A DNA stretch of 64,000 nucleotides from Haliotis cracherodii (lineage: Eukaryota). The stretch is taken from NCBI RefSeq assembly GCF_022045235.1, contig NW_027266343.1:52824001-52888000 (forward strand), read 5' to 3'. Within the stretch, counting starts at the first letter, position 1; each line of letters starts with the position of its first letter. This document shows positions 41,641 through 54,330 of this stretch, one piece after another. The position numbers were made by a program, and so were the translations under genes. The notes beneath the pieces are model-generated. The model was not told the DNA's origin and searched no databases. It worked only from the letters and a program-made list of their open reading frames with translations.

Positions 41641-41791
41641 CAGGATGACCTGTGGGCGGCCAGACTGGCACAGTTCCAGCGCTCCATGTACACTGAGGGT
41701 CACCAAGCTCCTGGCCATTGGTAAATCCGTCGTTGTCAGAGTCCTTTTGACACAGAGCTACAGTCCACGTATGCGATGCAGCCTGGAAATC
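41641..41791 (-). CDS. Temptin-like gene A, exon 2
   Basis: TTTTCCCCAG|DFQAASHTWTVALCQKDSDNDGFTNGQELGDPQCTWSAGTVPVWPPTGHPG|GTCAGT; temptin-type DSDxDGxTNGxELGDPxCxW...HPG motif. Confidence 0.9.
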
Positions 41792-41934
41792 CTGGGGAAA
41801 ATACCAACGTTTACAAGTTACTGGTGACATATGATTTTAACATAGTTTCAGTATTATTCTAGCAACATAGCGACGAGTGACGCCAGGAACGGACATGGCA
41901 TTTTGGATAATACCTACAATTCAACTCTGGAAAG

Positions 41935-42216
41935 GACCGCCTCCGTTGTCTAGTGGTAGAGCGTCCGCCTGGAGAGCCGAGGGTCTGGGGTTCAATGCCC
42001 GGCCGCGTCATACCAAAAGACGTTATTAAATGGTGGCACTTGTTGTAACCCTGTCTGGCGCTCGGCATTAAGGGGCAAAAACAAGGACTGGTCGGCTCGG
42101 AGTCAGTATACTGTGTCTGAGTGGGGTATTCTTGTTAAACTGCGGCATGGTATCTCAGCGTGCTAGCACTACAAATCGGCATCAGTCGGGCTAGTCTAGT
42201 ACAAACAGCCACACAC
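41935..42216 (+). mobile_element. SINE family 2 in temptin A intron 1
   Basis: GACCGCCTCCGTTGTCTAGTGGTAGAGCG head and family-2 body. Confidence 0.9.
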
Positions 42217-42289
42217 CTGGAATGTCTGCTCGGATTGGCAAAATCAAAACAAAGGGACTTTGGTGAAGAAGTTTAACTTAGGCTTAATT

Positions 42290-42995
42290 CAATGATGGCC
42301 AAATAGCTAATTTCTTTCCACTGATTTACCCACCTAAACTGAAAGTAAAAGGGTCCAGTGAACCAGCCTCATCTGTTTCATATTTAGAAATAAGCATACA
42401 GCTATAGAGCGACAAAAATATCAACAAGAAAGTATGAACACACAATGCCATTTAGAAAGTTGTCAAATGTAACAAATGTTATATTTGGGATAACACTTTC
42501 TTGGTAAAGTGGAGAATCGCCTACTTTTTTGGGTTGAGTCCCGTCCGGGATTCGAACCCCACGACAAGAGGGATGATTTCAACTTTCCAACAGTCAACAT
42601 TTCCTTTATGTCGAGCAATATGCCAGCGACTCCAGCCTTTGCTGTCTACATTTCACAACTTCGGTACGATAGAGAGCATCACACGACTCTTGCTGAGAAA
42701 GGTGTTTGATCAGGCTTACAATATTCAAGGCATTTTTAAAGCTTTCAGAAAGTAAAATGACAGACATGTGGAGGACATTTCCAAATTTGACGCATCAGTG
42801 ACAGAAATGATGTCCAATGCAATGCCCAATTGACTTGACTTTGTATGTGTCTCTGACTGGTACCACCGGTGGGTCAGGATAGCTCACCTTTTCGCGAACA
42901 CATTAATGATTTGATATGGTCGGAATCGTACAACGAACTCTATTTAAGCAGACATTTCTTATGATTATGGAAATAGTCTTGTCGCTTTTATTTAC
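42290..42995 (+). mobile_element. Penelope-like retroelement 3' fragment
   Basis: DKRDDFNFPTVNISFMSSNMPATPAFAVYISQL; its 3' UTR is shared with ~12790-12875, 20880-21060 and 60230-60385. Confidence 0.78.
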
Positions 42996-43725
42996 CAGAA
43001 GCCTTCCGGATGCCAAACCTAAGGCTTTGATTACCCTTACTTCTCTCAGCGAGATATCGTGGAACGTACATCGCACAACACAACGTCCGCTGATTGTGTG
43101 TTCAAATCCCCAATTTTGCCCAAGTAAAGTTGGTCTGCGTTGTAGTCTTCACTATCCCACCTCTGTAAAGGCGGTCTGTGGGAAATTGAGTTTTGAAAAC
43201 CAGTGGTTTGATCCCCGCCGTTTGGTTACGATTACGACAAATCAGACAAGACGTCATTCACAATATGATCTTCCCCAAACGACTTATTGCCAATTGTATT
43301 TGTGGCACTGTGATCGTTGTGTGTATTCCTTGATACATATTGTAAATAGCCGGTCCTCAACTTCCACGACAAACATTCGCTGCTTATAAGGGGGGGGGGG
43401 GGTTATACAGGACGACACAATAACCAAATTGTGTTTAGTGTCAATCTTAACTGGATTAGGAGACAAAGCGATGACCCGACTCCTTACGACATGGTTAGCT
43501 TGCGCGAGTGAAATGCAGATTATATTTAGCTCACTTTCTTGGTAACCTAATGTATTAGTAGCTGTGGTTAGTCTTCCGGGCACGACAACTTTGTCGCCAG
43601 ACGTTTATGTAGTTGCTGAATCGCCATGTATGCATTATTAGTGAAATATTCCAAGATTAACAAAGTCTCACTTTCACTAATTAACTGAGATCAAGCATGA
43701 ATACAAGACTGATGTAGAATCTTAC

Positions 43726-43911
43726 CATTCCGAATGGGTTCAGGTTCTGTGCCCCTCCCGTGTTTGCGTCGTTGTGTCCAACTGCATTCCATATGAGATC
43801 TGAGTTACAAGGATGTGGCACCAGTTTGCCGTTGGGAATTTGATTTTGGTAAGGAGGCTTAGCAACCACAACAGCGATGACACACAACACGAGGGATAGA
43901 AAATGCAACAT
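43726..43911 (-). CDS. Temptin-like gene A, exon 1 (signal peptide + N-terminal half)
   Basis: MLHFLSLVLCVIAVVVA-KPPYQNQIPNGKLVPHPC...WNAVGH...LNPFGM|GTAAG; 186 nt, phase 0. Confidence 0.9.
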
Positions 43912-44754
43912 CACGATTGAGACTCCGTGGCTGTTCTGTTTTCAAGGCGTGCCCTTCAGTCGTTTTGTATAGGGTTGGCACGTGGTAATTAAGTGATAGT
44001 GTTTGGTCCAGATAGTCTTATCATAACACTGGGCCAATGGTCGTTCTTCAGTATTCACAATCTCAGCTGCATGTAGTCCACGCCTGTATAACACAAAATT
44101 ATCCTGACCGGTGTTCCACGCCGAACTGCCGTCATGTATATCAAATAATCTGAAATCAGGAATGATGACAACGATGGGCGTCCAAACTTCCTTTTGGTAA
44201 AATCAGAATATCCAGTGATCGTTACAAGAAACAAGAACATTTCATTATTTGTCGGTACCCATTGTAAGTTCTCCACGCTGCTATAGGACGAGGCATCGCG
44301 CGTGTGTGCCTGTCCTGGCATACTTTGCAGCAGTTGTAACAAGGATACTCCAGACACATTACACGGACTTCATGTCGACCAGTCCTTGTTTTATCCCTTT
44401 AATGCCGAAACCAACAAATATCATCTTTTAACGTCTTTGACGCAACCAGGAGGTTTAGCTACCGACCTTTATCATTTAAGAAATGATATGATAGTGTTAC
44501 TAATTTTCCTTTTAATATTTGTGAAATTGATGTTTATTTGTTTATTTAGTAAAGACAGGCAGGAGTGTGAAGGCCGCTACCAGGTAATGGAGATGGAAAC
44601 TGTGCACGTTAGTGAAGTTTTATTGGTAATGCATTATGCTACAGTTTTGTTTTATTCAGACATGTAAAGAAATAAGTCTTGTGGGGCGCTGTTCAGTTAA
44701 TGTGGAAACGATCTACAGGTTGCTGTTACAAGCTTGTCCTTCTAATATGATAGA

Positions 44755-44915
44755 ACGGTGGGGTAGTCTAGTGGTTAAAGCGTTCGCTCGTCAGGCCGAA
44801 GACCCGGGTTCGATTCCCCACATATGTACATTGTAAAGCCCCTTTCTGGTGTCCCCCGCCGTGATATTGATGGAATATTGCTAAAAGCGACGTACAACCA
44901 TCCTCACTCACGCAC
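44755..44915 (+). mobile_element. SINE family 1
   Basis: Matches 22029-22194; degenerate TSD TCTAAT(A/G)TGAT. A truncated minus-strand copy follows at ~45056-45122. Confidence 0.9.
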
Positions 44916-46764
44916 TCTAATGTGATTATGTAAGTAAACGACCTTTAATAATGTGGAGCAGATTTGTAGTGTAGTCCCCTGTCCACACCTTGCTCATGTC
45001 AACTATAGTTGCTTTGTTGCACTGTACAATATAATCCACTTCTTACCACATTAAGAGTGAGTGAGTGAGTATAGTTTTACGCCGCTTTTAGCAATATTCC
45101 AGCAATATCACGGCGGGGGACACGATACCACCTTAAGAGCTTAATCTGAGAAAGATAAACGGTACATGTTCGAGTCGTTTACATTAGGAACATAACCTAC
45201 AATGTATTGTTCTTGCAAAGTAGAGATATTTGATTTGATTGTGTAAAAATTGATATTTGAAAACCCACTCTACTTATTCGGTTTATTGTATATTTCAACC
45301 CACATGTATCAAATAGCTATAATTCTAAGGTAAGAATATATGGCATTCATGGACAAATGAGATATAATAGATGCTAGTCGGAGATCATTCCTGCAAACAT
45401 ATCTGGAAAGGACAATCGGTCAATCTTGTGAGTATGTGGGACTATTTGACATGCCATTGACAAAATCACGTGTTTCAAATGCTGTGAGTGTATGTCATAA
45501 CGGTTCATCTGCTGCCTGGGGAGGTATACATTTCCTTAATGACAACAGTACTCGCATACTCATAGTTTGATTGTTTAATATTCCTTAGAGAGTCAACATA
45601 ATGAAAGGAAACAATGTATTGACTTTATCTCATGATCTCATGAAAACGTTGTTTTTGTTATTGACAACACGTAACAAACACCGTCATGAAAGCATCGCAT
45701 ATTCGCGAATCTTCAACCAATGGCCCCATGTGCACAAGGATAACTGGATTCGTCGATGCCTGAATTATAACAATAATGATAATAAATAAGCATAACAATC
45801 CCCAAATTTGAGAGTGCTATCAGCATAACATTCGCGTCGCCCTGGCATGTATACAACACAAACAATGGACGAAATGTATCAATTATTAGGTGTAAAAATG
45901 CCCCACTTTTGAGCACTGGTCGGTAAATTTCAATGTGTGAGAATAACAATTCTTGATTATCCGCCGAAACAGATTCCATCTAGCATTGGGCAAAATAGCT
46001 TTGAAAATTATATAAATTTCAAAGCAATTTCATGTTAACAACGCAAGCATTCGACAAAATGGCCCAATCGTCAAGATATCGTGAAATGGACTTCATGATT
46101 AAAACACACCTGTTAACATGTTCTGATAGAGCTCCCAGAGATGTTGTTGAGTGCTATTTTAACAGTTCTCTAAATTGAGTTCATAGCAGAATCCTTCAGT
46201 GGATTCATTGGATTTGGTTTTGTACTGCTGTAATGGAGACCCTCCAGGTTTCCTTGTAAAACACGATTCAATTTCTCCCTGTCACCAGAAAAGCACCAAC
46301 AGTGATTAACACTACACATTACATGTGGCGAGAGAGGTTAAGTTCACTTGCTAAAAGCAAAAGGAATCTGACAAAAACAGTTAGGAATACTGGGAGACAG
46401 TATTAAAAAGACCATTCTCCTGATGTTGCATTGGGCACATAAATTTGCTTCTTCTTATATATCTTGTGAAAACATGAATTTAAACTAAGAGAAATGCCAA
46501 AATATGTCCATAAACAATCATTATATGATATACGTTGGACACATTTTTGTCAAATGAGTTTAATTTGGATAATTCAGTAATTGCAAATATTTGACTGACC
46601 ATGGGGCATCCAGTCTCGACCGCTGGCCAATGAACGTGAAGGCAATGGGACAACCACCAGCAATCAATTTGGCCAAAGTTTTCTATTTTTCGTGTATACC
46701 GACATAGTAAGCCGTCGAAAATAAAAACAGAAGTAAGCAGGAAATACGTATGGTAAAGACTGAC

Positions 46765-46915
46765 CAGGATGACCTGTGGCCGGCCAGACTGGCACAGTTC
46801 CAGTTCTCCATGTACACTGAGGGTCACCAAGCTCCTGGCCATTGGTAAATCCGTCGTTGTCAGAGTCCTTTTGACACAGAGCTTGAGTCCATGCGTGTCC
46901 TTCAGCCCTGAAATC
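46765..46915 (-). CDS. Temptin-like gene B, exon 2
   Basis: DFRAEGHAWTQALCQKDSDNDGFTNGQELGDPQCTWRTGTVPVWPATGHPG; 151 nt, AG/GT flanked. Confidence 0.9.
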
Positions 46916-47254
46916 CTGGGGAAAAAAACCCGTTTACAATGATACTGGTGACATATGGTTTTAACATACTTTCAGAACTATTCCAGCACAATGAACCCAC
47001 ACAAGAAACCGGAACTCCGGACTTCGGTATTTTACCTTCTTAGCTACACTGTTAGGTGTTGCACACATTTTTCTGCTGCCATTGGCATTAATCATAGATC
47101 GACGCAGATATTTTTGGATCAGTTATCTCAAGAAATCCTCATTGAGAGGAGCTTCCTATTCCAGAGAGCTCGTCTCCCGAGTGCCAAAAATAAAGTTCGA
47201 GTTCCTAACTTCCTTATCTGGCAAGTTCATGGCATCAGATCAAGTTCGTTTCGT

Positions 47255-47496
47255 TTCGTTTATTTGTTGTCTAACGTCGCAATCAGCAATATTCCATCAC
47301 AATGACGGCGGTCTGTAAATAATCGGATCTGGATCAGACAATCCAGTGACATCATGAACATCGATCCAAAAAGTTGGGATACGATGACATGCATCAACCA
47401 AGTCAGCGAGCCTGACCACCCGATCCCGTAAGTCCCCTCTTTCGACAAGCATGGTTTGCCGAAGACCAATTATAACCCGGTTCTTCATGAGTCCCA
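47255..47496 (-). mobile_element. SINE family 4 (Nin/Deu-domain-like)
   Basis: GGGATCGGGTGGTCAGGCTCGCTGACTTGGTTGATGCATGTCATCG on the minus strand, shared with 58772-59041. Confidence 0.8.
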
Positions 47497-47889
47497 TCAG
47501 GTCATGCATAACGTCCGTTGATTGTATGTACGAATCCAAGTTTCGTTCAATGTGTCAACATGGAGAAGTCAACACAAGAGATGATATCCATCCACCAATC
47601 CTTGAACCCATACGCACTCGCACACTCGTCCGCAAACAACCCAGTGGATGACGTGATAACTCGCCCTGGTTAGTAGTTGATCTACTCAGTCAGTATACCA
47701 TTCCCAATATCACCAAGTGTAAGTGGGTGGTTCCGTAAGATATGAAACTATTCTGGAGTTGTACTGGTAGGGAGGAAGAAGTGAGTTTTGTTTCGGCATC
47801 GGTACAGCGAAGGACACCAAAATGGTTCCACACGTTGAAACGCGCGTACTTTTTGTGTGTGTTTATTCAATTCCTGAATTGGTTTTCTT

Positions 47890-48050
47890 CCACTCACTCA
47901 CTCACTCACTCACTCACCACCCAAACACCGATTCACTGACACATACACTCACCCATTCACTCACCAACCGAAACCCACTCACTCGCTCACTCACCTTTCT
48001 CTCACTCACTCACTCACTCACTCACTCACTCACTCACTCACTCACTCATT
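47890..48050. repeat. (ACTC)n microsatellite
   Basis: Imperfect tetranucleotide run. Confidence 0.9.
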
Positions 48051-48454
48051 TATTCGCTTACTCACAAACTCTCATACACGAAAAATCAGCAATTAAACAA
48101 TTAAACAATTGGTGATGTTAACGAACGACGATGAGAGAACAATGTTGTTCAGGCACCTTGGCTTGTAACATAAATTTAGAGACGACTCTCACAATGCCAG
48201 GAACATCTATCTGTATTAAAAGATGGAAAAAATATGCCACTTCTTTCGAAGTCAAGTTTAAAGATGTAAATATAGATAGTATGTAGCTAACCTTGTTAGT
48301 ACAATCATATTGTATCAGTATTGTAAAATATTTTCAAGTGAAGGCTTAATCGATTTTTATTCAGAATACTACAATCTTTCAACATAAACAAATTATAACT
48401 TTCAACAAATGTACTAAGATCAATCATAAAGACAAGACCTAAGAAGAATTATAC

Positions 48455-48640
48455 CCGTCCGAATTGATTCAGGTTCTGTGCTCCGCCCAAATCAGCATTG
48501 GTGTGTCCAACAGCATTCCATATAAGACCTTTGTTACAAGGATGGGGCACCAGCTTGCCGTTGGGGATTTCATCTTGATAGGGTGGCTTAGCAACGACAA
48601 CAGCAACGACACACAACACGAGGGACAGGCGGAGCAGCAT
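48455..48640 (-). CDS. Temptin-like gene B, exon 1
   Basis: MLLRLSLVLCVVAVVVA-KPPYQDEIPNGKLVPHPC...LNQFGR|GTATAA; 186 nt. Confidence 0.9.
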
Positions 48641-50501
48641 CTTGATTCTCCGGCAAGGACAAGAGTGCAACGGCATAACAAGGCCTGTTTTTCGGCCTTT
48701 ATCATCGCGTAGGTTGCTGTTCACGTGGTACTAAACTGATAGTATCTTGTCCCGATGGTCTTATCGCAACAGAACCACGTGCACATAACACTGGGCCTTT
48801 TCCGTTTTTCGGTATGCATTATTCCAGGCAGATTGTAGTCGACTTCTATATGCCATACAATCGTTGCACGGTATACGAAAAATAGAATAAAATGACAAAA
48901 AACAATAGAATAAACGGAATATTCATCATTTGAACGGAGAGCCGATCACGTCCAGAAGTCCTACCCGTTGTTGTAACATATGTGCTGTCTGCATCCAGAT
49001 GGCTTCACATTATTCTGATGGAAAAACAGAGTGAGTTTAACGCCGTTCTGAAAAGGATCATGGGTTTATCGAGGCGTGTCAGCTTAAAGCCATATTTATT
49101 GTCACATAAACATGCTGTTTGGCAATGTAATTACCGTTGAGGTTAAGGTGCATTGCTTAAAGTTAAAGATAAGGGCTCACGGTGAAAATGTTGATGGCCT
49201 TGTTATCAGGGGTGTAAACTTATCATGACAACCTTGGCTTCATGACTTGACATGCCATTTCTAGGACAGACAATTAGGACGACCAGCGGAGCGACATTGT
49301 GACTCTGTGATAATGTAAATCCTCACTGTCTGCAACTTGACAGGTTGTTTTTTTGGTATTTATGTGAACATTTGCACCTGGTCCCGAATGTTACGGGATA
49401 ACAGGACCCCAGTGTTAATAATTGTAGTCAACCGTATCGTGTTGGTGAGCTAAATGTCCTTTATATGAATCCAACCATGTCTACACTTTTGTCATAATGA
49501 ACGTTATGGAATAAATTTGGAATACCTACGAATCAAATGTACAAACTATATAAACCAGGTATCGTTCTTTGGAATCGCTTTAGGTTGTATAGTAAAATCT
49601 TTCAAAACAGTTCTCATTACGCGTTTGTGTGTCTAGTTGTATCTGTGCGTGGGCAGATCGAGCGAAGGCAGATGCAGGAATTTGAAAGGGTGGTAACTGC
49701 GGGTTACCCTATTTATGAAGTTTAACAAACACACATGATAGAAAGACTGACACCTTTACGTTTGCCTCGTGGGGGCTGTTCACATAATGTGGGTAACACA
49801 CCTATTGCAGTTACAAGTACGTCGATCCAAATGTGATTACTTGTCTTTGTAAATGTTTCAAAGAATGGTAATTGGTAATGATGTGAGAACTATTCTTGCA
49901 CCACCAGTAAAGCTTAACCACTCAAGATGTTTAGCAACAATGATCAAACATAATTTTTCCATCGGGACATGTTGATGTACTGTGCAATGCATTCAACTTC
50001 TTTTATCGATCAAGTGTCCACCATCTAAGCTAGCTTCACGACTACAACTTTCGTGATTGTAGTAAATTAGCGAGGGGAACATTCGTCTGTGTTTTCAGTG
50101 TAGAACGGTGTTATATTTAGTAACTGAAACCAGACACTACATCTAAATATATATTTCAGCTGTTCAATTTAAAAGTAAAACGTAACTATATAGTTCTCTA
50201 CCTACCTGAAAATATAAGTCATTGTGGGACAAATAACTATACACGATATGCCAGACTAAAATATTGAATAAAAATAAATATTTGGAAAGTACAATCGATC
50301 GATGTTAACCCATACCGTTTGACATGACTATTTGAGATGTCAGTTCTCGTGTTGCATAATCTATCAGTGTCTGTTGTTACATAAAGATTAATAGCGGAGG
50401 GGGACGCTGGAAATAACCACTGATCTGCTGACTGCAGAGGTACAAGATCCTCCTCGCATAGCCATAGTTTGATTGTATTATGTTATCAAGATCATGAATA
50501 G

Positions 50502-50733
50502 TGAATGAATGAGTGAGTGAGTGAGTTGGGTTTGACGCCGCTTTTAACAGTATTCCAGTTAAGGAAAGCCAGAAGTGATGCAGGTCTCAGACGTTTACCA
50601 CTTCGGTGAAACCAACGAGCACGGGTATGGTGCTGACAAACCTAGAAACATAATTGGGGCGAACCGGGATTCGAACCCACAATCATAGGTTTCTGGTGTG
50701 GCCTCTTGCGACTGGGCTACCCCTGACCCCAAC
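50502..50733 (-). mobile_element. SINE family 3, internally deleted
   Basis: TSD ATCATGAATAG at 50491-50501 and 50734-50744. Confidence 0.88.
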
Positions 50734-51300
50734 ATCATGAATAGAAACATTGTTCTGACATTATGGCATACACTGATATGTACAAGATGTGTTCTTTTTT
50801 ACATACTGCAGAGTGAAAGAATGAGTTTTCTGAAGTTTTGAAAAGGCGTTAACAAGGCAAAATGATTAGAGATGGTCATTTATGGAGTTATTGTCACTAT
50901 TTGCGTTTGTTATTCTCTCAAAGATGTTTCGTTTTAAACGTTATAGTTGTTTTTTATACGCCATTTTTGTTACTTGACCAGCGTGTATTATTTCCATTCA
51001 AACAGCGGTCTCCTAGTTTTCAAGAATATTTTTTGTTAAAGTTTATTTTGAATGTAATCATATCTAAATGTATGAACATTTTTTTTCGTGTTTCGAGATC
51101 CTAAATATTTTGGGATGCTTTTGTATATATTTTATAAGATTTTTCAAACACGAAAATACTTTGTAAGTCACAAATACTAAGGGTTGTGAACCGCAACTGT
51201 GGCTCAGGTAGGGAGAATTTACGTTTCAAGGTTTTGCATTTGTAATGAAACAATTTAATTTTCCGGTATACAAAAAATGCAACTATACAAAGAGTATATA

Positions 51301-51456
51301 ATAAATAGGATATTCCATGTGTCGGGTGAAATATCACGTTTCTCTGAATTCGTGACGGGGAAAAAGAGATATTTTCTTTCGTGACTACGCCACACCCCGT
51401 CCTGCGATGAGAGAAACATAATATTCCACTCGACACATGAAATATCCTCTATTTAT
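51301..51456. mobile_element. Hairpin MITE
   Basis: ~35-bp inverted ends ATAAATAGGATATTCCATGTGTCGGGTGAAATAT / ATATTCCACTCGACACATGAAATATCCTCTATTTAT. Confidence 0.75.
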
Positions 51457-51816
51457 TAACCACCATCATCAGAACAAATACAGCGCCATGAAAACATTCG
51501 ACAACCGCGAATCTTCAGCCAAAGGCCACGTGTGAACAAGGATAATTGGACTCGTCGATCCCTGAAATTAAAAACACAATAATACTAATACTTACACTAA
51601 GAAGATGAAGAATATGAAGAAGATGAAGAAGAAGAAGGGCCTGATGATGAACGCCTCGCCTAGAAAGGGAGGATTAATTCCCCCGAACTAAATGTACATC
51701 GACCAGTTAGGGCTTACCTCCACAAATCTGGTAATATTTACTGTTGGGTTACAGATCAATTTGAAGACAATCATCGTTCAAGTCCGCAGCCCAGTCAGCC
51801 TCCCTCTGGTATACAA

Positions 51817-51988
51817 GGGCGGTCGGGTAGCCTAGGGGTTAAAGCGTTCGCTCGTCATGCCGAAGACCCGGGTTCGATTCCCGACATGGGTACAATGTGT
51901 GAAGCCCATTTCTGGTGTCCCCCGCCGTGATATTACTGGAATATTGCTAAAAGCGGCGTAAAACCATATTCACTCACTCACTCACTCA
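51817..51988 (+). mobile_element. SINE family 1
   Basis: TSD CTCTGGTATACAA on both sides. Confidence 0.92.
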
Positions 51989-52544
51989 CTCTGGTATACA
52001 AACCAACCAAAGTGGCGAAGGCACTTACCCCAGGGGGAGGCACATAAGTTTGCGAAAGTAACAGGACGGGCAAAAAGACTACGAATAAATGGCAAATTAT
52101 TGACGATCGGAAGCATTCGGACAAAGCCAAGCCAATACATGAAAACTGACAGAGCAGACTATTCGCGACCATCCCCGGCGACTGAAGTTGTATATGCGTT
52201 GTGAATCTCATGAGCTAACTGCCAACATTCGTCAGGCGCCTTTGCATGAAAACAGCAGCAGACCCGAACTTGCAAATGAACGTTCGCATTGTTCTCCCTA
52301 AATTACCTGATGTAGTTGCCAGTTGGCCTTGAAGATTTGGAAAAATATAAAACATAACACTAGACATCAAAAGAGAGAATTCTAAATCAAATTCTTGATT
52401 CTCTGAAGGCAAAGTTAAAGGTTGTGTACAGAAAGAGAAAAGAAAGTAGGATAAAAAAATAATTTCATAAACAAAATATACTGTTCAGATCGAGTGAAAT
52501 GTGTTTTGAATGGCAATTAAATGTAATATTTTAGTACAGTCTTC

Positions 52545-53150
52545 TACATGCTTGTAGTTTTGACACAAAGGTCTAGCCATCGTACGACCCAGTATATGTA
52601 GAAGGAGTCATGGAAAAGGATGAATACAAAATTGTTTGGAATAGGCCCGTGTACAGCCTCAGGCGTATCCGGGCCAACAAACCTGATACATCTTTGACAA
52701 ACTTTGATAAATCCAAAGAAATCATTTAAATCATTGAATTTTCTGTCCCTTTTGACACTAATGTGATTGACAAGATTGAGGAAAAACATGGCAAATATCC
52801 GGATCTCGCTTTTGAAATGTCACACTTGCATCCCAAGTACCAAGTTGTCCGACCAATTGTTCTCGGTGCCTTAAGTTTGGTACCGCCCAATCTGTTGACT
52901 GACATTGGGAGAGTACCCGGGTTTGCTGCCAGGAATACAGCCCTTCTGACAATCTGGGTAATGCAGAAGGCTGCAGTGTTGGGGAGTCGTCACATTCTCC
53001 GAAAAGTTCTGGGTGGGTTTGACCAGGCAGCGGTTTTTGGGAGAAATCCCATTCGCTGTCTAGGCTGCGTGTAGAGGGGGCAAGGGCTCTGAGCTGATGA
53101 TGAGCCTAACCAGCCTGATTGTGCCAGGAACCCTCTTTGCTGCATTTTTC
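52545..53150 (+). mobile_element. 3' fragment of an RLE-type (R4/NeSL/R2-like) non-LTR retrotransposon
   Basis: IRANKPD...IEFSVPFDTNVIDKIEEKHGKYPDL...PIVLGALS...MQKAAVLGSRHILRKVL, a PD-(D/E)xK restriction-like endonuclease C-terminus. Confidence 0.8.
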
Positions 53151-53555
53151 ATTTTAATCTTACATGATAATGATAACCTTACATTGATGTCAAACTGAGA
53201 CCATGTGTGATAATGAGTTTGTTTTGGTGTTGCTGTACCGAAGAAACTTACATCAAACTTAGTTCGGAATATCCTAACAAATGACCAAAACTTCGGATGT
53301 TGCGTCAGATAGTAATATGAAAATAGATTGTCTATTGTGTAAAATATAATTGAAATTATGCCAAAATATGGTCTTAAGCAATAAATAAATGAAAAAGTGG
53401 GGAATAAAATTGTAGTCGGAGATAAATTGAATTGAATGAATTTTAGTATTTTTCTGAAATTAGATAAATTTTGACATATCAGTTATTACAAAGATGTTAA
53501 AGGCAATGGAACGTCCAGTTTCGAATGCTTGGTAGAATTCGACATAAGTACTGAC

Positions 53556-53706
53556 CAGGATGACCTGTGGCCGGCCAGACTGGCACAGTTCCAGCGCTCC
53601 ATGTACACTGAGGGTCACCAAGCTCCTGGCCATTGGTAAATCCGTCGTTGTCAGAGTCCTTTTGACACAGAGCTTGAGTCCATGCGTGTCCTTCAGCCCT
53701 GAAATC
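53556..53706 (-). CDS. Temptin-like gene C, exon 2
   Basis: DFRAEGHAWTQALCQKDSDNDGFTNGQELGDPQCTWSAGTVPVWPATGHPG; 151 nt, AG/GT flanked. Confidence 0.9.
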
Positions 53707-53774
53707 CTGGGAAAATACAAACGTTTACAATGATACTGGTGACATATGGTTTTAACATACTTTCAGAACTATTC

Positions 53775-53831
53775 CTACTAGTCCTTTTCACACAGAGCTA
53801 CAGTCCACGTATGCGATGCAGCCTGGAAATC
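53775..53831 (-). pseudogene. Truncated extra copy of temptin exon 2 (A-type) in gene C intron 1
   Basis: TTTTCACAG|DFQAASHTWTVALCEKD**. Confidence 0.85.
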
Positions 53832-54144
53832 CTGTGAAAATACAAACGATTTCATGACATATAGTACACCTATCATATTCACATCACCGAGAAGCAATAC
53901 TCACTCACTCATGGTCAAGTTGCAAGATGTAAATATAGGTTATATAGCGCTTGCTGTGTTGGTATCGTAATGCATGAGTAGCTGCACGAAGTCTAAGCAT
54001 CAACAGAATTGTCGTAAGGTCTTTGACATGGACACTAAATCGCCATTAATGCATTATCAGTGAAATCTTTTAAGATGAATGTACAATTTCTAACTTTAAT
54101 TTACTAAGATGAATCATAAAGACAAGACTAAAGTGGAATTATAC

Positions 54145-54330
54145 CATTCCGAATGGGTTCAGGTTTTGTGCCCCTCCCAAATCTGCATTGGTGTGTCCAA
54201 CTGCATTCCACACAAGACCGGAGTTACAAGGATGCGGCACCAGTTTACCGTTTGGGATTTGATCTTGGTAGGGAGGTCTAGCTAGTACAACAGCGACGCC
54301 ACACAAAACGAGAGACAGGTGATGCAGCAT
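54145..54330 (-). CDS. Temptin-like gene C, exon 1
   Basis: MLHHLSLVLCGVAVVLA-RPPYQDQIPNGKLVPHPC...LNPFGM|GTATAA; 186 nt. Confidence 0.9.

Noticed and set aside
51641-51670. Hammerhead ribozyme core (CTGATGA...GAAA); also 53094 and ~63830
   Set aside because: No convincing stem II or stem I/III pairing by eye; an Infernal scan would settle it.
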